Assembly: GCA_951406725.2 (NCBI GenBank)
Contig: OX597820.1
Coordinates: 2,418,001-2,482,000 of the forward strand
Origin: Octopus vulgaris
Taxonomy: Eukaryota
Length of the DNA: 64,000 nucleotides
Direction of reading: 5' to 3'
Position numbers and translations under genes: made by a program. The notes under the pieces are model-generated. The model had not been told where the DNA came from and did not search any database. It saw only the letters and a list, made by a program, of their open reading frames with translations. Shown piece after piece: positions 26,330 to 39,120 of the stretch (position 1 is the stretch's first letter; every line of letters starts with the position of its first letter).

Positions 26330-27264
26330 CTTGAACATAAAAGGAAAAAAAATCATAATTATTTTAATGAAAGAAACAGTAATGAGTTTGATATATAATG
26401 TATTGTAGTGCAGTGAATAAAAGAAACAAACAGATGACCTAAATTTGTTGTTTTCACTGTTTTTGACATCAAGATATGCTCTAGATCAAACAGAGAACTT
26501 TTGGTCCACTTTGCAAACCTAATCCTAACTTTGCAAAGCAGTTATAAGAAATATCGTTTTCAAGTTAAGCATTTAGGGAAAAAATGTCAAAAAAATTTGG
26601 TTAACCTTATTTTATAAACTCTTTTGTTACCATATTTCTGTTGAGATGCTCTGTCAGGTTTCATTCAATTAATTTTAAATATAACAAAGCATTTAGTAAA
26701 TTAACTTTGTTATCATTAAGCTAGTTTTAGGAACATAAATTGTGACTAAGGTTTGGTGGAAGATTTTAATTCAAAACTTATGAAAATTAGAACCAGATTC
26801 AGCCAGGTTGTTATCAAAAGGGTTAATACATATGTGGTTCTCACACACATTGATGACGGGTCAATACTCAGAAACTCGGGTCCATGTGTATCACGTTAGG
26901 CTGGAGATGGGAAGGATGACTTCCCTTTGCAAATACTGATAGGGCACAGAAAATGTGTCAATAATAGCCAGCTGGAGGAGATGTCTTCCTGGGGCTACAA
27001 GCTACAGTAACAGTGACCCTTAAGGGTTCACCACATTTAGGTGGCAAATATACTTCACAAGATATACATATATATATTCAAATTACGATGAACATAAACA
27101 AGCAAACAATGTTTGCTTTTGAAGCGTTGAGATGTCTTAAAAAGTTAAAGAAGTGATTTGAAATTCTCAAACGCAGGATAATGCAAATAATAATGGATGA
27201 ACAGGATAAGCTACCCCTATTTTGCAGAAAAAAGTGTTGGCGGCCAGCAACACATTTTTCTAGG

Positions 27265-27306
<42 letters not shown>

Positions 27307-28565
27307 GAACTTTGAAGGTTCACCCTGATATCTCGTCACTATTTTTATTGCTTTCCAGCTCAAATCAATCACTGCAACCGACTCTTCTAAAATTCGAGTA
27401 ACCCTGTAGCAGCTCCTCTACTGCAGGAAACCAGTTCTGCTGTGGCAGTTTTCTCTCCCATTTTACCCCACTCTACTCCTTATCCTCCGAGCATCAAGTT
27501 GCTCCCAGAGCACAAAGTCTTGCAAGTTGCATGGTGACCTCACCAGTGCTGAGAGCATGAAAAAAGGGACCCTGTACACAGTGTAGAGTGGTTAGCATTA
27601 GGGGAGGGCATCCAGCTATTGAAACCCTGCCAGAGCAAACTCTGAAACATAATGCAGTGCTTTGAGTCCCTCAGGTCCTATCAAACTGTCCAACCCGTGT
27701 CACAAAGGGACATGGATGCTAAATGATGATGATGATGACAGGGCCCACATAGGTCAAGTTTGACTGTACTTTGCACATATACATGCTGGCCTCAACAAGA
27801 TCTTTATGTAAGGTAGACTGGCAGCTGCCCATATAAGAATAATTATTTTATTAAGTTTCATAATTTGTGGTTTCCATCCAAAAAAAAGGTAGGGAAAATC
27901 TAGCAAAGTTCCGTAAACATAGTCTCAGTCCAGGATAAGTTAATGAATAACACATCACAATCGTTACTTTCTTCTCTCATAATTGCAAAGTAAATATTAT
28001 CAGAGAAGCATTTACCAAGATTAGATCCAAACCATTCTTTGCCAGGCTTCGATGATCACACCTGACAGGTTGATGTAGTCAATAGAAACTGGTTTGTTAT
28101 TCGAATGGCCATACTGGGGCAGTGCTTTCAATGGTTTTAATTGATTATTTATCAATTCTCAGGACATTATCGGCTACTTATATAACTGACCTCATCATCA
28201 TCATTTAACGTCCGTTTTCCATGCTAGCATGGGTTGGACGGTTTGACTGAAGACTGGCAAGCCATGGAGGCTGCACTAGGCTCCAGTCTGATTTGGCAGT
28301 GTTTCTACAGCTGGATGCCCTTCCTAACGCCAACTACTCCATGAGTGTAGTGGGTGTCTTTTTACGTGCCACCAGCACAGGAGTCAGCGCAGGCTGAAAT
28401 AAAAGAAAACCCGAGTATAAAACATCGACTAAAAACTTTTGTTAAAGACAGATTTTCTCATCGCACACACACACACACACACATTTAGTATCATCATCAT
28501 CATTTTATATCCACTTTCCATACCGGCATGGGTTAGATGGTTGAACAGGATGCAAAGGACTACAT

Positions 28566-28830
28566 CAATGGTTCCCAAAGTGGGCAGTATTGCCCCCTGG
28601 GGGCAGTGGAAAGTTCCAAGAGGGTGTTGAAGAAAAGTAGGGCGATAATGGGATAGCAATTCATGTAAAAACAACATAAAATGGGTTCATTAAGTTATAT
28701 TTGTGAAATAGTTGCTTTGAATTTGCTTCAGAAAAAGGTCTCTGTTTGTGATGGTTAGTTGGGGTGGGGTCGCTAGGAATGTGACCTGGGGTCAAGGGGG
28801 CGGCGGCCCAAAAAAGTTTGGGAACCACTG
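28566..28830. mobile_element. hAT-type MITE
   Basis: TIRs CAATGGTTCCCAAA/TTTGGGAACCACTG and a perfect 8-bp TSD GACTACAT on both sides. Confidence 0.88.
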
Positions 28831-30743
28831 GACTACATCTTGCTACAAGTGACTCAGTTTTGACATGGTTTCCTTTTGCTATCAATCACTTTACAGTGTA
28901 TACTGTAAGCAATTTTTTGTGTGTGGCACCAGCACCCTAGAGGTCGCCTTGCCCTCGCTAAGACTAGTTCCTTCTCAGACCTTGCACTGTCACTGGTTCT
29001 ATTTACAGAGTGAACTGGGTGCTTTCTTGTGGCACTAGCACTGGTGGGGTCACCTTATTGCACGTAAGGAAAAAGAGAATCCCCGTCACTAAAAAAAAAA
29101 AAGAAATAGAAGTTAAAGTATGTTGGAAGAAACAGGTTTATCGTTGTGGGAGGATAGAAGTGGAGAGAATAACTGAGGAAAAGAGAAGAGACATGTCTCG
29201 GGTACTTTTAAGGCTGGAGGGGCCCCTTTCGGGGGCTGACGGCAAGTTGTGACATTCGTTGCTTTCTCAAGAATTTTACGAACATAAATGATGAGAAATA
29301 TTTCTAACCGAACCACGTAATTATTTATTTTATCGAAGGTCAAGATATTTTTTAAAAGGGGTACAACGATTGACTGAACCCCTGTATCTGAACTGATAAT
29401 TCATTTATCAACGTTGATAACAAAAAAGCCGACCCTGTTAAAGATTTTGGAGTCAGAATGTAAAGGTGCCAAAGGTGATAGAGAAGACGGTTAATGTTTA
29501 ACCGAGAAGACAATTGTAAATAATTATCGCCATCACAAAGTTTGGGAAACATGTCTGAAACAAATATTAAAAAAATAGACGTGGGTGTTACGGCTGGAAT
29601 GTCTTTGGCCATAAGTCTGCTGGTTCAAACGTGACTAGCGGCTAAACAACTCCTTGGTTGCAAAGTACAAAATGGGAGGGATCGTAATTTAAGGTGAAGT
29701 TGTTGAATAAGAAGGTAAACATACAAGCAGCGGACCAGCACGAAAGAGGCCCATCAGAGAAACATGCTACGTTCTACACCCAAATCATAACCTTACATAA
29801 TCGATTACTAATATTAATCAAATGAGAAAATGCCTAGGGCCTCCTTTCGGTTGAAACAGCATTCTTGTCTAACTCGGCATTCAATGCAACAAAATACTTC
29901 AGAATGTTTGCCCATATCTTCTGTGCAGTCCTTTCTGATTTGTATAGGAAATCGTTTGTATTTTAATCAAATGCTAGCTTTAGTCAGCGTTTGGTTGCGA
30001 AGATCACGTCGTTTAGCCCCAGGCCAGTTTCCATTGATACGACTTAAGAGCAAAATCATTCTTGTCGTGACTAACACAACTTATTTCAGGAATAACTAAG
30101 ATTGCATTCGGTCTTTTTCTCGTCGGTGACGGCGGGGAATGAGGCGAAGGTAAAAGAATACACAGACCACCCGTTTTCGGCGTTTAGGGTTAGGATCACG
30201 CCGAAAACAGGTGGTCTGCGTATTCTTTACCTCCGTCGGGAATGATTTGAAATAAATTTGACTGCTATTTCTAGGCTGTCGAGTGACCATGTAGAGGCTT
30301 CCACGTTGGTTCGGCGAAGATTGTTTTGCTTGTTAGGTTTGCAATTAGAAGTCTAACCTAGAAGGATTTGAACTCAGGACGTAAACGAACTGAAGTAAAT
30401 ACCGAGGTGTTCCATACAACACCGTCCCTCAAGAATAATTTCCTTCGATTAGGTTCGAACCGGAGATCAAGTGTATCGATTTATTTCTTGTGCAGATCAG
30501 AAAATGTAAAATCTATAAGAGGGGGGGAATATGATCGAGTGACATTGGTGCTTTGCAAAGTTCATTAGCAACGTGAATCGAATCGGTTTTAACCTGGAAT
30601 CGAAACATTTGACGATGAAATGGGAAAAAGGAACCCGTTTTGGGGCTGAGAAGAGTTTTCATTGAAGAAAGAGAAAATATATGGAAAGCTTAGAAAGTTA
30701 TGTATAAGGAGAGAAATAAGCAATGAGTGTAAGTTTAATTTAC

Positions 30744-30858
30744 CTGCAATGAGATAAGAGGAAATCCGAAAAACCGATTCAATCTGCCGAATGACTTCTG
30801 GGTTGCAGCTGACGCTTTTGCAGTATTTCGTGTAAACAGTTTGGAAGTATTCAGCCAT
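30744..30858 (-). CDS. PEX16: PEX16 coding exon 1 (MAEYFQTVYTKYCKSVSCNPEVIRQIESVFRISSYLIAG)
   Basis: ATG at 30858 in AAGATGG context and GTAAAT donor at 30743. Matches the PEX16 N-terminus (human ...QLETAVRGFSYLLAG). 115 nt, phase 1. Confidence 0.93.
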
Positions 30859-30960
30859 CTTTGGCGTGGTTTTGAAAGTAAGGAGCCAAAGCACGAGAAA
30901 GCGACGTTTCTATTGGTTACACTCGATCCATCGACCAATCAAAACATTCGTTATGATTAT
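30850..30960. promoter_or_regulatory. Putative bidirectional promoter of PEX16 and a divergent transcript
   Basis: CpG-containing segment with inverted CCAAT boxes (ATTGG 30912-30916, CCAAT 30935-30939). A YY1-like AAGATGGC overlaps the PEX16 ATG. Confidence 0.6.
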
Positions 30961-31030
30961 TCCATGCCATGTGCTTAGGCTCGTCCTCAGAGTTGTGTGG
31001 AGGATTTCAAAACCTGGCCAAGTTCTACAG
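30960..31030 (+). other. Candidate first exon of a divergent plus-strand gene (start approximate)
   Basis: Perfect CAG|GTGAGT donor at 31030/31031, just downstream of the CCAAT pair. Confidence 0.5.
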
Positions 31031-34000
31031 GTGAGTGTTTTTATCTGCGCTTATTTATTGGAACGGCCTACATAATTTGATTGTTGTTTAGTTTACACCT
31101 TGTCAAACACTCCCAATTACAAGCCTTGCTGCTTCTTTCCCTCGTTTATTTAAATTACTCTGTTCTACTTAACATTTAAAACTAGAAATTGCTGAGATGT
31201 TTTGGTAAAGGAAGAAGATTGGCAGGAAATGAAAGACAGAAAAATAGATTTTTAGCTTCATTTAGTTTGTCGTGGATGATTGTTTCTTCTCAAATATCGA
31301 ATATTACAGTTCACTTTAGCTTATATATCCGTCGATCTCTTCATAGAACTTTATTATGGTAAATAGATAACGAAATGCAAGGTCAGGGGTCTTTTTGAAT
31401 GAAACCATTCTTCACCCATCCCAGATTTTTTTTTTTTAATTCTATTTTATGGATAATGGAAAACTTTTCTCCGTCGTATATATATGTATGTCTCTCTAGT
31501 ATGCCAAGCATAATAAAAGATTTAGGCCTTTGCTGTGCATTTTAGCAATTTCAAAACACGCTCAATTTCATCTTAGATCTCCTCCAGATTCCAGGTACAT
31601 CTTGTGATTAGATGGAGATATATTTTATTGTGTTCTCTTATAAGCCCAAAGCTTCTTTTTTTTTTAATGAGGAAGTGTGAAAAGTTAAGTTATTCGTTTT
31701 TTGTCGTTTTTTTGTGGGGGGGGGGGGGTATTTTAGCCCAATTTCCTCCTCAGCAACCCAAGTGAAAATAGCGGGTCCAGCCTGGAATGGAATTTCCAGC
31801 TCAATTTATGGACAGATGAAAAAGTCTATGACACTAATTACTGTAATAAATTTAATTAGATGGTGTTCTGCTAATTAACTGCTAAATATTTAATGCTAAT
31901 TCCATATACAGGTGCGTGCTAGCAGTGTAAGATTTTCGAGTAAAAATCAGATAGATGTTACATTAAAATTGGTAGATTTTTTTCCCATACAAAAAGGTTA
32001 TTCCATCGTTCAAAGTAAATTCTTTGTGTTGGCTTTATTCATCTCAGATTACATCTCATCTCAATTCTCTATAATTCACATTTATGTGGCTAGGAATTAT
32101 TTCTCTTGGTTAACAATAAATTCTGCTTGTGTTACTCTTAAAATCTGAAGTTTGTGGCCTTCACTGTAAATGTTGTGCTTTTTATCACAAATGTAAGTGT
32201 TCCAGAGGAACAGGTTTTGACCTGTGGCTAAATAACTCCAACATCCATCTGATATCGAACCAACAAGTGAGTGTCTCGACATTGGTTTGACATGCTTCAA
32301 GTCGCACCTTATCGTCTTAGATGATAAGTAAAAGTCACGGTTGTCACGGTTGGAATGCCTTTCATTCACGGATGTCGATCAGGTCTCATCCGGATGCTAA
32401 ACAACAACCATGGGATTAGGAAGATTAAGTCAAATGAATCACAAATCATTTCGAAAGCAAACCGATGATTCCAAGTCATTCCGTCTGTGTATCTTATTTT
32501 GATGTGGCCATGCTGGAGCATCGCCTTCAGTTTTTAGTCAAACGAATGGACCCCTGCTACTTATTCTATCGGCCAGTTTTACCCAACAGGTAGCGGACAT
32601 ATTACCTATCCTGTCCTTCCTTTTTTTAAAAAAAAGAGATTTGTCTTTTATTTCGGCTGTCGACTTCCTCTTCTCAATTAAGATGTTAGGAATGGTGAGT
32701 GTGTGGAGCAATAAGAGACGGTGTTGTTTACAGTATCCAAGACGGGAGACCCACAAACCTGGCCGTTCTGATTTCAAATTCCATTTGGATTAGCTGTGTG
32801 TTACAAATCCCAAGTCGAGAGTTTAAGAACCATCAAGATGTAGGGTTCGTCTAAATCTAATAAAATATACAATCACTATTCGCTGCTTTGGATCCTTTAT
32901 AAAATCGAAATTCACCCTTTTCACACCCAGTCCCTCGGGAACTGGATTTGACTTTCATCTAATTGTTATTATGAGTTTTTAATGACTGTTAAATACTGGA
33001 GTTGGTCGAATCCCATTTTATATGCTTTTCCACTTAGAAGGAGGGTTCTCTCCTCAGGACAGATGGATGATATTTAATAATTCTGTTTTTATGTCGAGAA
33101 AAACGATTCAATAGCCCTTCCTCATCGCTTGTAGTAGACATAATCAACAAGATTTCTGTTTTTGTTACTTTGTGGTACAAATGTAAATTTGATGCATTTT
33201 AATGTTTCATTTGCATCAAAAATATAACATAATGGCTTTTACTAAATTATGTTTATAGAAATAAAATTACAGTTATATTGAATGCATGTGTTTAGTCACA
33301 AGTTAGCCCCGATTGAGCCAACTTTTTGGCCAAAGATGCACCGGCCGTGACCACTCCATCTTTTTCTAAGACATACCACACCCAGAACGACATTATCCAG
33401 TCTCTCTCTCTCTCACTAAGACAGCAGCGTGTGGTTGTGAAGAAAATATAACTGCTATTTCTAGCAGGGTGAGTGACCACATAGAAGCACTTTCGCTGGT
33501 TCGCGGATGGATACACGTTTATGGCAGTTTAGTATTAAAGAGGGGTGGCGAAACAGATCAATGAGCAAAGAGGAGGGGTGGAATGTTTTGCTGGATTTAG
33601 TCATGTGGTATCCTTCACCAGTTCCAGTATTAGCAGGGTTAACTTTTTTCCTTTGCTTCCATCGCAGCCACAGGCTCGGATTAAATTTCAATTGAATCTC
33701 GTGTTTAATTAAACGAATCTATATTTCGGCTCTCTTGCAAGTCGCCGAATTCTTCAAAACAGGAACTGACTCTGAGGACTGCCATCTGCTGTCTTTGCTC
33801 CGAAACAACAGAGCTGTCCGGACATGACCACTCGACCTACTGGAAATAGCGGTCAAGGCCACGTGACTGGCCTTAAAAGGGGAAGAACACGTTGGCGAAT
33901 GTATTTCTCGGCAAATGTCTTGCCAAAGCTTGGCATTCTCGATCAAAAATTCCAGTGTTTCAATGAATCAACAAGCGACAATGCAGCCTCTATTTAAGTC

Positions 34001-34349
34001 ATCCGACCTGCTAGAAATAGCAGCCAAATCACTCTACCGTCTTTAAAAATTGGAAGAACGTATTGAGTAATATAGTTTAAAATAAACTACGGCTGAAAAG
34101 GCAGGATGGTCGTGGTTGGAATGCCTTTGACCATTTGTTTACTGAATCAGAACTGACCAAACAGACATCACTTTTCCTCGAAAACAAAAGAAAAACGTGA
34201 AGATTTAAGTTCTCCCTTCCTCGTGACGATTGGATTTATCAGTTTTACCTTATTACCAAATAAGATCGATAAAATCGACCATTACCTATTTAAGTTGTAG
34301 TGTCAAACTTCATCTCATCTTGTTTACCCTCTTATTCTTGGGAGGGTCT

Positions 34350-34660
34350 TGTAGGTAGAGTCCTCAAATATACCTTCCCTCAGATCCTCTCAGAAACAAC
34401 TCTTTCCTATCGATCTGGCTAGATCCCCAGGCAAGACCATCCAAGCTCATGGATGTTATCTAACCATCTCGATCATGGTCTACCCTGGGGCCTTCTGCTA
34501 GTTGGTTTTGCCCATAAAACCTGTCCACCAATCCTTTCCCATGACATTTTTGCTACATGCCTGTAGTATCAGAATTACGGCTTCAGATTTCACCCTATTT
34601 GAGCCAAAGATATGTTTGCTCTGTGTGTCCTAGGCCTTTCTTTTATATATCTTAGGGTCA
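34350..34660 (-). mobile_element. Decayed RTE LINE 3' fragment
   Basis: Minus-strand YYRHVAKM..RRPQGRP.SRWLDNI motif (one frameshift assumed). Confidence 0.6.
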
Positions 34661-34945
34661 TGCATATGTAATATGAGTTGACAGTATGTCAATTAATTTA
34701 AATTATCCAGGCAGGTGTAAAAAGCACCTGTGTTGGTGTCACATAAAAAGCATCCAGTACACTCTGTAATGTGGTTGGTGTTAGGAAGGGCATCCAGCTG
34801 TAGAAACCATGCCAAAACATACAATTAGTGCCTGGTGCAGCTCTCTCTCTCTTACTTGTCAACTCCTACAAGACCATTTAACCCTGACAATCTCACTCCT
34901 AACATCTCAAATATAATGGAGACATTAACAACATTCTCCAGAACA

Positions 34946-35017
<72 letters not shown>

Positions 35018-35693
35018 TGACCTCATGTATGGCTTCCTTAAAGCCAACTCTACTGGAGACCTTTTCTTCTATGTCCTTTTGAGAGATTTTACAAAAGTAT
35101 TGTTTTCCTTCGTCTGTAAAGCTTTCATTATGTCAAGCTTACAAACTTCCTCGCAAAACTCCATCTCGACCTCAGCTCCTATCAGATTGCACTTCGATGG
35201 CCAGATGTGAAGGAGGTTTTCTCTCCTGTACCCCAGGGTTCAGCTCTATTCTCCATGGTAGTTATCATTAAAAGACATTTGATTAGAGCTGACCACAGAC
35301 AGAACAACTGGCTGATATTTTTGCACACATCAAGAATATGAAATTGATTTTGTAATACCAGATATCATCATCATTGTCTAAACTTCCACTTTTCCATGCT
35401 TGCATGGATCGGATGAAATTTGTTGAGGCAAATTTTTACAGCTGATGCCTTTCTTATGACCAACCTTCATCTGTTTCTAAGTAAAGTGATGTTTCCCCAA
35501 GACTAGACATGTTTTCACAAAAGACTGGAAACGAAAGACACTGCTTCCTTGATGGTGACACTTGTTTACAACCATCATAGGAATCAAGGCAAGCACACAC
35601 ACACACACACACACAAAGGGTTCCTTCTAGTTTCTGTCTGCCAGATCCACTGGTAATAAGCAGAGCAATTCAGCTGTAAAAAAACCATTCCAG

Positions 35694-36095
35694 AAAATGG
35701 AAGCAACCTTAGGTAGAAATGTCTTTTTAATCATGTTTGGGGTGATATCAGTGACAAGTAAAATGGAAGCAACCTTAGGTAGAAATGTCTTTTTAATCAT
35801 GTTTGGGGTGATATCAGTGACAGGTAAAATGGAAGCAACCTTAGGTAGAAATGTCTTTTTAATCATGTTTGGGGTGATATCAGTGACAGGTAAAATGGAA
35901 GCAACCTTAGGTAGAAATGTCTTTTTAATCATGTTTGGGGTGATATCAGTGACAGGTAAAATGGAAGCAAACTTAGGTAGAAATGTCTTTTTAATCATGT
36001 TTGGGGTGATATCAGTGACAGGTAAAATGGAAGCAACCTTAGGTAGAAATGTCTTTTTAATCATGTTTGGGGTGATATCAGTGACAGGTAAAATG
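35694..36095. repeat. 66-bp minisatellite, 6 near-identical copies
   Basis: Unit AAAATGGAAGCAACCTTAGGTAGAAATGTCTTTTTAATCATGTTTGGGGTGATATCAGTGACAGGT. Only two substitutions seen. Confidence 0.97.
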
Positions 36096-37191
36096 CACCC
36101 ACTTCACAAAATTGGTTGATGATAGAAATGGCATCTAGTCTAAACATTACCTGCCCAGCAGAATTGGCCGGGAGGGGGGGGGGGTCCCCCCACCCTGTGT
36201 ATAGGAAGTGCTGTGGTGAGTGACAGGGACACTGAGATCTGGCTAATCTCTGTCAACAAAGAAACATGGTGAGGGTGATTTCTATGTTAAACAAAATTCA
36301 TTCATATATATATCTGCTTCATTTCAACTCTCCATTCTAAATAGTATTAATGAACAGCATAATCATCCTCTTCCTCCTCCTCCTCATCATCATCATCATC
36401 GTTTAACATCCACTTTCCATGCTGGCATGGTTTGGACAGTTTGACATGGAGCTATCCAGACTCCAGCTGTCTGTTTTGGTCTGGTCTCTACAGGCTGGAT
36501 GCCTTTCCTAATGCCAACCACTTAACAGTGTGTTGGGTGCTTTTTACGTGCCACCTGATTGTGACAATTTTTTTTCTCTAATAAAACCCTATTACTTGAA
36601 TGCTTTATGTCTTTGACAATGATTCTTTCGGCTCCCACCAGCAGATTTTTAGTATTTTACAGAGATGTTATGTAGATTGGGTTTGAATCCAAGCTGTGTC
36701 CTCTTGCGATACATCTGCTTATTAAAGTATTCCAATCCATAAGTTATATTTGTGTGAGGTAGGCATAAGAGTTATGTGTAATGGAGAATAAATTATATCA
36801 AAACTTTTTCCAGTCTCCTGTTGTGGCGGAGGCAAAGTGGCTGAGTTCCTTCAGAGCATTGGGCCTCACAGAGACAATGACCAAGACCTTTGGCATTATG
36901 TCATACTGGAGAAGAAGACCCATCAAGCTGAGCAAAATCGCAATCATGGCAGATACTGGTGTCACACAAATTGGCACCCATTACACTGAGAGTGGTTGGC
37001 TTTAGGAAGGACATCCAGCTGCAGAAAATCATACCAAGTCAGACTGGAGTCTGGTGCAGCCTTCCAGCATGGGCAACAGACATTAAATGATGATGATGTA
37101 TCAAATTAAATACATAACCAAAAGCTCTAATAGTTTCATGCTATTATGATACTTGATCAGGCATATTTATAAAATACACCATGTATCTTAA

Positions 37192-37647
37192 CCCTTTCAT
37201 TACCAACCCAGCTGAAACTGCCTCTGGCTCTGAGTACAAATGTCTTGTTTTCATAAGTTCTGAATTAAAATCTTCCACCAAACCTTAGTCACAATTTATG
37301 TTCCTAACACTAGCTGAATGATAACTAAGTTATTTTACTAAATTCTTTGTTATATTTAAAATCAATTGAAAGAAACACAGATCATCTCAACAGAAATATG
37401 GTAACAAAAGGGTTAAAATATATAATAGAGTGACAATTCTTAACCCTTTCGATACCAACCTGGCTGAAACTACCTCTGGTTCTGTAGTACAAATGTCTTG
37501 TTTTCATAAGTTTTGAATGAAAATCTTCCACCAAACCTTAGTCACCATTTATGTTCCTGACACTAGATGAATGATAACTAAGTTATTTTACTAAATTCTT
37601 TTGAAAGAAACACAGAGCATCTCGAAATAAATACAGTAACGAAAGGG
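37192..37647. mobile_element. Two adjacent piggyBac-type MITEs (37192-37412 and 37444-37647)
   Basis: Each has TTAA flanks and CCCTTTC..GAAAGGG/AAAAGGG TIRs. Same family as 16579. Confidence 0.85.
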
Positions 37648-38879
37648 TTAAAGAAATCTTTTAGGCTCTGTGCGTCATAATTTTTAAAAACAAGGACACT
37701 GGACAGTAAGAAAATAAGAAAAAAATGTATACATATACACATAGAGAGTCCATAAATGACCTTCACAATTGGAAAAAAAAATTTTTTTAAATGAAAAATA
37801 AGGATGACTCAGAATTTATGAGCAAACAAATATAGTTTTAGGAGAAACATCAGAAACACTTCAAGATGGGCTTCATTGATTGTATGCAATACATCCAGAT
37901 GATACAATAAATTGTGGAGGTTGTGAAGATAATTTATAAACAACTTGTATACACACACAACATGCTCTCTTGTCATCATCAGTTTTCTGTTGATTTTTCT
38001 ATGCCTCAGGAGTTTTCTTTCATTACTCAAGGCCTTCTCTATCTAAGCTGGAGTCAGCCAGTATTTTATGATAAAGATATACTTAAAGTACACTATTTCT
38101 ATGTCACACATGGTGTACTGTTTATTAACAAACACATTAGTATTATTAAAACCTATTTAGTTTTATAAAACAATCTCCAAGCCAGTCTTTTAAAACTTAT
38201 TCACAGCACTGTAGTTCAGTACGCACTATATATAGATAGATAAAGAAATGGAGTTAAACACAGATGTTATTCAAATCTTTATACTTCCGACATATGTTTT
38301 GAAGAAAACATTGGTTAAAATGGCTTATTGATGTGTCTTGTTTCTCTTTTTTTCCCTGATGAGAAGATCACATTGTTTTACATAATTTTATTCCCTCTGG
38401 AATGATACCAATGTTTTCTTCAAAACACATGTTGGAAGTATAAAGATTTGAATAACACCTGCATTTAACTCCATTTCTTTATTTATCTGTCATACAAAAA
38501 CATTTCACTAAACCCTGGAATTTCTACTTTTATAAATAGGCTGTAACATCCTTGGTACTTATGTGAATTTTTTTCTACCCTAGTGTCTATTTATTTATTT
38601 TTTCCATGTTATTTGTACACATTGAAAAATACACATACATATATATCCCTCCTCTCTCTTCTCTCCCCCACACCACACTACACTACACCATACGACATTA
38701 CACATCATACATACATACACACGTCCAAACCACCAGCCCCCTTCCACATGCACATACATACTCTCTTATGCACACACGCACCTTCAGGTTGGAGCGAGGT
38801 CACTTGACCCTGTTATCTCCCCTACTATCCCTCTAGCATCTAACGTTTGACCTCCGACCTCTGACTTCTGAAATCAGAA

Positions 38880-39120
38880 CGCCATGTTGGATCGTTAGCC
38901 CCTACACGCAATTTTTTCTCTCCTTGTTTCTTTTCTGTGTATCCTTTCTGTCGAAGAGCGTAGGCTCGAAACGTAAAAGACTTGTTTTATTTCTATTCCT
39001 GAGCGCCATACTAATACATTTGTTTGTTTGTACTCCACCTGCCTTCGTCTTTTGTTTATTTTCGTAAACCTTCCGTTACAAAAAAACAAAAGACAAAGAC
39101 TTGTGTGTAAACAACAAATA
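38880..39120 (+). mobile_element. About 190-bp repeat with a variant hammerhead motif (family 2), followed by an inverted tail
   Basis: CCTTT-CTGTCGA-A-GAGC-GTAG-GCTC-GAAACGTA-AAAGA at 38943-38980. Related copies at about 8645-8832 and 12092-12275, and a deleted copy at 52381-52460 on the minus strand. Confidence 0.65.

Noticed and set aside
30589-30894. ORF-track 101-aa protein as a single-exon gene
   Set aside because: It starts at a non-ATG codon and runs into the intron. Only 30858-30744 is PEX16 exon 1.
35627-36119. Repetitive ORFs or a CRISPR-like array
   Set aside because: Units are identical tandem 66-mers with no unique spacers, in a eukaryotic context with no splice or homology support.
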